Origin: Mobula birostris
Taxonomy: Eukaryota
Direction of reading: 5' to 3'
Length of the DNA stretch: 64,000 nucleotides
Assembly: GCF_030028105.1 (NCBI RefSeq)
Contig: NC_092379.1
Coordinates: forward strand, 22,359,309-22,423,308
Of the stretch, positions 1 to 9,226 are shown one piece after another (the stretch's first letter is position 1; every line of letters begins with the position of its first letter). The translations under genes and the position numbers were made by a program. The notes beneath the pieces were generated by a model. It was not told the origin of the DNA and searched no databases. It saw nothing but the letters and a program-made list of their open reading frames with translations.

Positions 1-149
1 AGCTTCCATGCAGAGAATCATACAAAGACCACTGGCCCATTGTGTCCCTGCAACTTCAAGCTTAACCCACCCCTCTCACACTTTCCCCTCCACCCGGTGG
101 CTGTCACATCTCCAAATAAAGTCCAATCGCATTGTGAATGTGATGGAAT

Positions 150-830
150 AATCACAATCAGAATCAGAATCAGGTATAATATCACCAGCATATGTTGCGA
201 AATTCATTCTCTTTGCGGCAGCAGCACAATGCTATACACAATCGAGAGAAAACATCAATTACAGTGAGTATATATAGATTAAATAGTTAAATTAAATAAA
301 TAATGCCAAAGTAGAAATAAAAAACGAGTGAGATAGTGTTCATGAGTTCAATTTCAATTCATATATTGGATGGCAGAGGGGTAGAAGTTGTCCCTGCATC
401 ATTCAGTGTGCAGCTTCCATCCACTGTACCTCCTTCCTAATGGTAGCGATGAGAACAAGGCATGACCTGGGTGTTGGGGGTCCCTAATGATGGACGCTGT
501 CTTTTTGAGGCGTCACTCCTCGAAGATGGCCTGGACACTACGGAGGCCAGTGCCCATGATGGAGTTTACAACCCTCTGCAGCTTACTTGGATCCTGTGCA
601 GTACCACCCCTACCCCTCCAGACCAGACAGTGATGCAGCCATTCAGAATGCTGTCCATGGTACATCGGTAGAAACTTGCAAGTGTCTTTGGTGACATATG
701 AAATCTCCTCAGACTCCTAAAGAAATACAGCCACTGTCAAACCTTCTTTGTAGTTGCACCACCACATTGGGTTCTGGATAGATCCTCTGAGATATGGACA
801 CCCAGGAACCTGAATTCTTCCACCACACTC
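150..830 (-). mobile_element. Degenerate Rex1/Babar-like LINE 3' fragment
   Basis: Minus-strand translation gives broken FYRCT..SIL.GCITVW / HPGHALFS motifs shared with the other Rex-like copies in the window; (AATCAG)n tail at ~158-175. Boundaries approximate. Confidence 0.55.
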
Positions 831-1257
831 CTTTGACATTACGTTCTAGATCTGAACAAATCATTGCAGATAATACAAAATAATTTCCCCCGTCCATTCA
901 ATTCTTCCTTCCTCTTTATCCTAAAGTTGTAGTTCCCAAGTTCCATCCCATCTGCTCTAGCTCACAGGAGATGGTACTAGCCTTTCTGCACTTTGTGTCT
1001 ACCCCACCAGCGTTATTGCAGTCTTGCACCTCCACACTATTTGCCCACCTCTGCCCATAGTTACTGCCAAGTGGGACCCGTTGCTAAAGAGGATTGGATC
1101 ATACACCCAAAACCCCCCCGCTCATAGTTCTGTCCAGTATCTCTGTGTTGAGCCAGCACATCAGCAGATCACTGGTAAATATTGTGGCGGGAGAATGCAG
1201 TCCAACTACGCTCTAGCTCCAACAAACACGTAACAGCAGCTATTAAATGTGTTGCAG

Positions 1258-1554
1258 TTCTGAATCTCATCTCCCTTGTTCCATCCCCGGAGGATGTCCA
1301 AAGTCAAGCCACTGCTGTCCTGGGCTGTATGATCTATGGATTCCATCATCGCAAATTTAATATTGCCTGGAAGAAAGATGGATTGATTCAAACGGGCAAC
1401 ATTGTCCCTTCCACTTCAAGAAGCAATGCTAGTTCTGAAACCTTCACTTACCTGTCAATGCCTATGAAGGACTGGATCAACAAATCTGAATATACTTGTG
1501 AGGTGAAACATCCCTATGGCTTCAGCAAAATGGTCAGCATGAGATATGCAGACG
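1258..1554 (+). CDS. IgW: Ig heavy-chain constant exon, C1-set domain (probable IgW CH2)
   Basis: VLNLISLVPSPEDVQSQATAVLGC..NIAWKKDG..KDWINKSEYTCEVKH: canonical Cys-Trp-Cys. Acceptor gttgcag| at 1257, donor G|GTGAGT at 1554, phase 1 at both ends. Alternative in-phase acceptors at 1236/1239 make the start uncertain. CH2/IgW assignment is from recalled shark IgW sequence features. Confidence 0.85.
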
Positions 1555-1689
1555 GTGAGTCATGCTTGAAAGAAATTTACTTATCATGTCAAACTATCTC
1601 ACTGACACTCCTACCCAATTCTTGACTCTTATATCAGTCTTGTTCAGCCACGCATGTTCTTTTGCACACTGAATCAATACTTTCCAACA

Positions 1690-3030
1690 GTAACTTTAAC
1701 CCCTGACTACTGGACAGCAAAGATTCAAGGCAGGATCCCCTACCCATTCAATCTCACATAATTTTTTACTGTTAATGGTAAAACCCTCAACAGTATTACC
1801 GTACAGAGAAATCTTGTGTTCTCAATCCATAGTTCCCTGAAAGTGGTTGCATAGGTTGATATAGTGTAAAGAAGGCAAATGGAATGCACGCCATTATTAG
1901 TTAAGGCATTAAGTTCAAGAGTTCAAAAGTTATGTTGCAACTTTTGAAAATCCTAGTTAGGCTGCATCTGGAATATTGAATAAATATTATTCCTTAAGGA
2001 GCAGAATCGGGCAATGTGGCCTATCGATTATGCTCCACCATTCTATCGTGGCTGATTTATTATCGCTCTTAACCTCATTTCCCTGAGTTCTCCCTGTAAA
2101 CTTTGACGCCCTTGTTAATCAAGAACCTGTTAACCTATTAAATATTCCCAGAGACAGCCTCCACAGATGCCTGTGGCAATGAATTTCACAGTTTCACCAC
2201 CATCTAGCGAAAGAAGTTCCTCCTCATTCCTTCAAAAGGGGTGACTTGTATCCTGAGGCTGTGAGCTGTGGTCTTGGGCTCCTCCACTACAGAACGTATC
2301 ATCTCCATGTCCACTCGATCTAGTCCTTTCAATATTCAATAGGTTTCAATAAAATTTTCTGAACTTCAGCAAGTAGAGGCTCAGAGCCACCAAACAGACC
2401 CCATGCTGACCCTTTCATTCCAAGTATTGGTCACATGAACCTCCTCTGGACCACCTCCAGTGTCAATACATCCTTTCATAGATAAAGGGCCCAAAACTGT
2501 TCACAATATTCCAATTGCTGTCCGACCTATGCATCAGCTTTATTCCATTATTCCTGTGATGGTGGCCCCATTATAGGAAGGGTTTGTAGGCTTCGGAGAG
2601 GTTGCAGAAGAGGTTTATCAGGATGCCTCTTGGATTAGAGGGCATCAGCTGTGAGGGAAACTCTGACAAACTTGGCTTGCTATCTCTGAAGTGGTAGATC
2701 CTGAAAGGAGATTTGATAGACCTTCATAAGATTGTCACAGCAATATAGTGTAGAGATCCAGGGTCTAAACAACAGGGTTGAAATATCGAAAGCTAGAAGA
2801 CACACATTTAAAGGTAGGAGGGGATTAAATTCCAAGGAAGTGGATAGGGCAGGATTTGTACACACAGAGAGGTGGGTGCAGGAATGTGTTGCCAGGGTAG
2901 CAGTAGAAGCAAATGTAGAGATATTTCAGAGACTTCTATGTTGAAGTTCATGTGGGAGGCAAAGGCTGTAGAGATGCGGAGAGGCGTAGTCGCAGTACGA
3001 CAAATGTTGTGATGCAAAATGGCTCTAATC
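1690..3030. mobile_element. Cluster of degenerate CR1-like LINE 3' fragments, both orientations
   Basis: Broken CR1 ORF2 C-terminal motifs (LEYC.QFW, ERVQ.RF.RM.PG); 2250-3030 is homologous to 12620-12965 plus 18575-19030. Confidence 0.55.
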
Positions 3031-3368
3031 AAAGAATATATTTGATTATCTCTCTGCTATGAAAACTGCATTCTTCCATCTCAGTGTGTAAAATACATGT
3101 TTGGTTTCGCAGTATCAGAACGTCACAAGAATTCTGCAGTCCCAGCGGTGAGCCTCTTTGTCCCAGTTATGGGAAAGGGACTGGAAACCCAGTAGAAAGG
3201 TTCTTCATTCTGATTTTACATTGCAATAATATCTGACACACTGTTAAAATCTGGGTGTTTTTGTGATTCTGCTTCTAACGATTACAGGCCTGCTGTTCAG
3301 TCCCAACCTAACATAATCAACAGAAAAGTCTCCACTAAAGTTCTGAAGTTTCCATTTCTATTCCACAG

Positions 3369-3671
3369 AATTGTCTGTCTTTATTCAAAATCCTGACATT
3401 GAAGAGATATGGATCAGCAAGACAGCTACTGTGAAGTGCATGGTTCTCTGTACCGATCCACAGGAAATCAACATCAGTTGGTTAGTGAATGGGACGAAGT
3501 CAAGAAACCCTGTTTTCTCCGAACAACCAGAAAGTAAAGGAATCGTAAAAATAGTGATCAGTACGATGAATTCCAGTGTAGAGGAGTGGCTCAGCGGGGT
3601 GGAGTACGAGTGCGTCATTGAAGATTTCTCCACATCCGCTCAAATGTCAGCAAAGACAAAAAGAACCAAAG
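3369..3671 (+). CDS. IgW: IgW CH3-like constant exon, copy 1
   Basis: (E)LSVFIQNPDIEEIWISKTATVKC..ISWLVNG..SSVEEWLSGVEYEC; resembles shark IgNAR C2/IgW CH3. Acceptor ttccacag|, donor G|GTAGAT, 303 nt, phase 1/1. Confidence 0.9.
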
Positions 3672-3761
3672 GTAGATAAGATGACCAGCAATTAAAAGGT
3701 CAACATTAGATAAAATGAGCAAAAATATTTTATAGTACTATTGTCTGCTTGTCTCTTCCAG

Positions 3762-4079
3762 GAACAACAAAAAGACCTAATATCAGATTACTGCCTCCAC
3801 CAGAGGAAGAAATCAAGTCCAACAGTACTGCCGTTCTTGAGTGTGTGGTCTCGGGATTCTACCCAGACCATATAACTGTCACCTGGGAGAAGGACAGCTC
3901 TGTGATCAGCTCCAGCACCAGTCCTACACCAACCGCTCTGGAGCAAGGGGGCACTTTCAGTGTCAGACACTTCCTGACCGTGAGTGTACAGGAGTGGGAG
4001 ACCGAATCAGTCTTCAGCTGTACAGTGACTCATCCCCCCTCCAACACCCGTATCAAGAAGCAAGTGAAGAACGTCCAGG
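3762..4079 (+). CDS. IgW: IgW CH4-like constant exon, copy 1
   Basis: TTKRPNIRLLPPPEEEIKSNSTAVLECVVSGFYPDHITVTWEKD..PTALEQGGTFS..QEW..FSCTVTHPPS; resembles IgNAR C3/IgW CH4. Acceptor ctcttccag|, weak donor G|GTGCTC, 318 nt. Confidence 0.9.
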
Positions 4080-4144
4080 GTGCTCCCTCGGACCCTATGA
4101 GAGGCAAGTGCAGAAATTGCTGGGGCTCTAGCAGAGATATTTAA
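4080..4144 (+). CDS. Putative LINE-derived read-through tail after CH4 copy 1 (GAPSDPMRGKCRNCWGSSRDI*)
   Basis: In frame with CH4 to TAA at 4142-4144; another frame reads as CR1 ORF2 (EASAEIAGALAEIFKAS). Whether it is expressed is unknown. Confidence 0.4.
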
Positions 4145-4649
4145 AGCATCCTAAGCAACAGGACAGGCACCAGAGCATTGGAGGATAGCCAATCCTGGTC
4201 CACTGTTTAAGAAGGGTGGGAGGTAGCAGAAAGGAAACTATAGACCTGTTAGCCTGACATTAGTGGTTGGAAAGCTGCTGGATGTCATTACAGAGTACCT
4301 GCAGGCACGTGACAGAATAGGCCAAAGCCAGCATGGTTTCCCAAATTTAAAATCCTGCCTGTCTAACCTACTGTAATTTTTTGAGGAAATTATAAGCAGG
4401 GTAGACAAATGAGATGCAGTAGACGTGATATGCTAGGATTTTCAGAAGGCCTTTGACAAGGTGCCACACATGAGGCTGCTTAGCAAGATAAGAGCTAATG
4501 GAATTACAGGGGAGTTACTAGAATGGGTGGAACATTGGCTGATCGGCAGAAAACAGTGAGTGGGAATAAAGGGATCGTATTCTGGCTGGCTGACGGTTAC
4601 TAGTGGAGTTCCAAAGGGGTCGGTGTTGGGACTGCTGCTTTTTACAGTG

Positions 4650-4878
4650 TGTGGTAAACCATGTATATATGTTGTAACTCGGTTACCTGTCTGGACACAC
4701 CCCTCTGCTGACTGCCCCTGTGGCTCCTCCCACAGAGTCCTGTATAAAGGTGTTCGCCTTGCCCCTCCCCCTCAGTTCGGGGGCAGACACTCACTGTGGA
4801 GGTCGTATTGTACAGCGAATAAAAGCCTTTCAGTATTTTACCAAACCTCAGTCTTTTGGAGTAATTGAAGGTGCTTCA
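4650..4878 (+). repeat. 5' LTR
   Basis: TG..CA; TATAAA at 4743, AATAAA at 4818-4823; direct repeat of 8998-9226. Confidence 0.95.
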
Positions 4879-4904
4879 ATTTTATTCGCTGTACATTTTA
4901 AAAC

Positions 4905-6410
4905 ATGGAACAGACCCTGACACCAGACAAATTAGACCTCGATCCGCAAATGCCTGATGCTGGAAACGCTTTCGAACTCTGGCTGGCCTGCTTCGAAGCG
5001 TATCTGGAGGAGATTAAAGCGACCGACCCCGTAGCGAAGCGCAGAGTTCTACTCTCCAGGGCCAGTCCACGGGTTTATTCGCTGATCAGAGACCAGCCGA
5101 ACTACGACAGCGCGATGAACGCACTCAAAAGACAATACCTGCGGCCGATAAACAGCGTCTATGCTCGGCATCGCTTAGCGACACGGCAACAACGGTCCGG
5201 GGAATCGAGTGCTGAGTTTGTCCGGGCCCTACAGACACTCGTGCGAGCCTGCAATTGCCAGGAGCTGACGGCGGCGCAGCATGCAGAGCTCCGAGTGAGA
5301 GACGCCTTCGTTACGGGGACCAGGTCAGTGTAGTGCGCCAGCGGCTGCTGGAAAAAGCCGATCTGACCCTAAGTTCGGCGATCGAGCTGGCCGACACGCT
5401 GGAGGCCGCTCTGCATAACTCCGAGGCTGTCCAGGCACACGATCCACCGATGGTCTCGTGGGTGCCGCAGACCCCGCAACCCGCCGGTGAATCGACCTCG
5501 GCTGCAGCCAGTCGTGAGTCCGCGAAGTGCGACTTCTGCGGACTGGAGAAGCACGGCCCGACAAGCTACCTGTTCCAGCTGCGGAAAGAAGGGCCATTTC
5601 GCCAAGGTCTGTAAGTCAAAACCGCGAGTGGGATCGAGCAGCGCCGTGTGCGAGACGTGGGGGTTGCCATCTTCCCTGCACACTGCCACCACGTGCGAGA
5701 CATGGGGGCCGCCATCTTCCCTGCACGCCGCCACCACGTGTGAGACATGGGGGTCGCCATCTTGCCTGCACACTGCCAACACGTGCGAGACATGGGGGTT
5801 GCCATCTTCCCTGCACACTGCCAACACGTGCGAGACATGGGGGCCGCCATCTTCCCTGCATGCCGCCACCACGTGCGAGACATGGGGGCAGCCATCTTGG
5901 TCGGCGCCACCTCCCACCGCCTACGACCAACGGGTGCTCACGGGCCACCCCACTGCGCCGGACCAAGACAGCGACCCCACCCTGGCTTCCGTGACCCTCG
6001 ACCAAAGCGCTCCCCACCAGCTCGCAAGGTCAATGATGGACATCCTGGTGGAGGGGTGCAGGACAAGCTGCCTGTTTGACACGGGCAGCACGGAGAGTTT
6101 TATCCACCCGGCCACGGTGCAGCATTGTGGACTCATGATACGGCCGGTAAGTCGGAGGGTCACCATGGCCTCCAGGTCGCATACAACAGACATCCGGAGG
6201 GGTTGTGTAGCGACACTAGTGGTGCAGGGCACAGAATATCGGGACTTTACGTTACTGGTCTTGCCTCAACTGTGTGCCCCTGTGCTGTTGGGGTTGGACT
6301 TCCAGAGCCACCTGAAAAGCGTGACAATGAAGTATGATGGGCCCCTCCCGCCAATTACTGTCATAAATCCCCTGTTTTGTAGAGATATGTCACGTGCCCG
6401 CTACTGACCA
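4905..6410 (+). pseudogene. gag: Gypsy gag-protease, frameshifted
   Basis: ATG 4905; RLATRQQ..GES..FVRAL, RDAFVTG; frameshifts near 5330 and 5550; truncated CxxC..H knuckle then intact CSSCGKKGHFAKVC; protease LFDTGSTESFI. Confidence 0.85.
5646..5899 (+). repeat. In-frame 45-bp tandem repeat, 5 full copies plus a partial (TCETWGxPSSLHxAx)
   Basis: Units start at 5646, 5691, 5736, 5781, 5826, 5871. Confidence 0.95.
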
Positions 6411-6544
6411 CACACACACACCGACCCGCACATCCCACCCAACATCATTCCAACTGCCACACTACCGACACCACTTGCGGCCTCTCCACCCTCAGGATCC
6501 CTCCCCCACCACTGTTTGCCAACCTGACCCCCGACTGTAAACCT

Positions 6545-8930
6545 GTGGCAACTAAAAGCAGGAGGTACAGCGCGGGGGACAGAGCCTTCATTAAGTCGGA
6601 GGTACAGCGGCAGCTCATGGAGGGGGTCATTGAGGCAAGCACAGGTCCTTGGAGGGTGCAGGTGGTGGTTGTTCAGAACGGGGAGAAAAATAGGATGGTC
6701 GAGGACCATAGCCAGACCATCAATAGGTTCACGCAGCTCGACGCGTACCCTCTACCCCACATTGCGGATATGGTCAATCAGATAGCACAGTACAAGGTGT
6801 ACTCGACCATAGACCTAAAATCCGCTTACCATCAGCTCCCCATCCGCCGGGAGGACCGCCCTTACACTGCCTTCGAGGCGGACAGCAGGCTTAATCAATT
6901 CCTGCGCGTCCCCTTTGGTGTCACGAATGGTGTATCTGTCTTCCAGAGGGCAATGGACCAGATGGTGGACCAGTGCCAACTGAAGGCCACGTTCCCATAT
7001 CTGGATAACATCACCATCTGCAGTCACAACCAGCAGGATCACGACAAAAACCTCCAAAAATTTCTCCAAGCGGCCAAATCTTTCAACCTCACCTTGTCAC
7101 ACTTGACAAGTGTGTATTTGGGACCACCTGACTTGCTATCCTTGGGTGTGTCGTGGAGAATGGAGTCATTGGCCCTGACCCCAACCGTATGCGCCCCCTG
7201 TTGGAACTCCCTCTTCCCAATACCCTCAGAGCCCTCAAAAGGTGCCTGGGCTTCTTTTCATATTACGCCCAATGGGTCTCTAACTATGTAGACAAGGCCC
7301 GCCCCCTGGTCAAGTCCACCACATTCCCCCTCTCTGCCGAGGCCCACACGGCCTTCAACCGCATAAAAGGGGACATTGCCAAAGCAGCAATGCATGTGGT
7401 GGATGAGGCCATTCCCTTCCAAGTAGAGAGTGACGCCTCCGACTTTGCGCTGGCTGCTACCCTCAACCAGGCAGGAAACCCTGTGGCGTTCTTCTCCCGT
7501 ACACTTCAAGGCCCTGAAATTCGGCACTCTGCGCTAGAGAAAGAGGCCCAGGCCAGAGTGGAAGCTATAAGGCACTGGAGGCACTATCTTGCTGGCAAAA
7601 GGTTCACCCTGCTAACTGACCAGCGCTCAGTCACGTTCATGTTTAATAATCAGTAGCGGAGCAAAATCAAAAATGATAAAATTCTGAGGTGGAGAATCGA
7701 ACTCTCCACCTACAACTATGACATCATGTACAGGCCTGGGAAGCTCAATGTGCCCTCCGATGCCCTATCCCGGGGAACATGTGCCAGCGCGCAGATCGAC
7801 CGGCTATACGCCCTACATGTAGACCTTTGCCACCCGGGAGTCACCCGGTTTTTCCATTTCGTGAAAGCCTGGAACCTGCCTTACTCCCTTGAGGAGATCA
7901 GGATGATGACCAGGGACTGCCAAGTCTGCACAGAGTGCAAACCGCACTTCTACCGACCCGAAAAGGCACCACTCATCAAGGCCACCCGCCCCTTTGAGCG
8001 ACTGAGTGTTGACTTTAAGGGCCCTCTTCCCTCCACCGACTGCAATGTGTACTTTCTTAACGTAATTGACGAGTACTCGTGGTTCCCCTTCGCCATCCCC
8101 TGCCCCGACACCATTACCACGTCAGTTATAAAAGCCCTGCGCAAGCTCTTCACTCTGTTCGGATACCCATGCTATATCCACAGTGACAGAGGCTCCTCGT
8201 TTATGAGTGACGAGCTGCGCCGATATCTACTGGCTAGGGGAATTGCAACCAGTAGGACCACGAGCTATGATCCCCGGGGGAATGGACAGGTAGAGAAGGA
8301 GAATGGCACAGTGTGGAAAGCCACACTCTTAGCCCTCAGGTCAAAGGGACTTCCGGTCTCCCGCTGGCAGGAGGTCCTTCCCAAGGCACTCCACTCCATC
8401 CGCTCCCTGTTATGCACGTCCACCAATGCCACCTCTCATGAGCGGCTCTTTTCTTTTCCCCAAAAATCGACCACTGGGACCACCCTACCAACTCGGCTGA
8501 CATCCCCGGGGCCAGTGCTGCTCCGGACACATGCGAGGAGCAATAAATACTCCCCGATGGTCGAGAGGATTCACTTACTTCATTCGAACCCCCAGTATGC
8601 CTACGTGGTTTTACCTGATGGGCGGGAGGACATGGTCTCCATCCGCGACCTGGCGCCCGCAGGAGCTCCAGGCCCCTACCCTGAACACTCTATGGTGACT
8701 ATTGACCCCGTACCCACCAATGTATGTACCTAAAAGACACCGTGCACCCCAAACCCTATACCGACACCACACGACACTCCCATACCGGGCGCGACGCACA
8801 CGCACGAGGGATTACCGACGCCTAACGTGCTGGCACCTGAAGTCAGGCCGGAGCCAGCACAACCGCCATCGCCAGTGCTACGTAGATCACAGTGGCGGAT
8901 TCGACCGCCTGAGAGACTTAACCTGTAAAT
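6545..8930 (+). pseudogene. pol: Gypsy pol: RT, RNase H, integrase (disrupted)
   Basis: RT YPLP, PFG, YLDN; RNase H VESDASDFALAA, EKEA, LLTDQ; integrase H..CHPG..C..C, LSVDFKGP, HSDRG, GQVEKEN; frameshifts and a TAG near 7654. Confidence 0.9.
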
Positions 8931-8997
8931 ATACTTCTTGTAAATATTGTCAGTCACTTCACCCTGCGGGACTCTTTTTAAAAAAAGGAGGGGTGAA

Positions 8998-9226
8998 TGT
9001 GGTAAACCATGTATATATGTTGTAACTCGGTTACCTGTCTGAACACACACCTCTGCTGGCTGCCCCTGTGGCTCCTCCCACAGAGTCCTGTATAAAGGTG
9101 TTCGCCTTGCCCCTTCCCCTCAGTCCGGGGGCAGACATTCACTGTGGAGGTCGTATTGTACAGCGAATAAAAGCCTTTCAGTATTCTACCGAACCTCAGA
9201 CTTTTGGAGTAATTGAAGGTGCTTCA
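8998..9226 (+). repeat. 3' LTR
   Basis: Direct repeat of 4650-4878 preceded by a polypurine tract. Confidence 0.95.

Larger units (their letters stand above)
4650..9226 (+). mobile_element. Full-length but mutated Gypsy/Ty3 LTR retrotransposon (Mag-like)
   Basis: 229-bp TG..CA LTRs (4650-4878, 8998-9226, ~9 substitutions), 5-bp TSD CAGTG (4645-4649, 9227-9231), PPT AAAAAAAGGAGGGG before the 3' LTR, order gag-PR-RT-RH-IN, with frameshifts and a stop. Confidence 0.95.

Noticed and set aside
3977-3985. Consensus donor ACC|GTGAGT inside CH4
   Set aside because: Phase 0, would truncate the domain and shift the frame; also present in the fourth CH4 that has a normal donor, so probably just coding sequence.
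5646-5899. CRISPR-like array
   Set aside because: Contiguous tandem units without unique spacers, in frame within a retrotransposon ORF in a vertebrate genome.
5325-6079. Overlapping ORFs in several frames (e.g. 5369-5917 minus, 5566-5910 minus)
   Set aside because: By-products of the GC-rich 45-bp repeat; no independent protein features.
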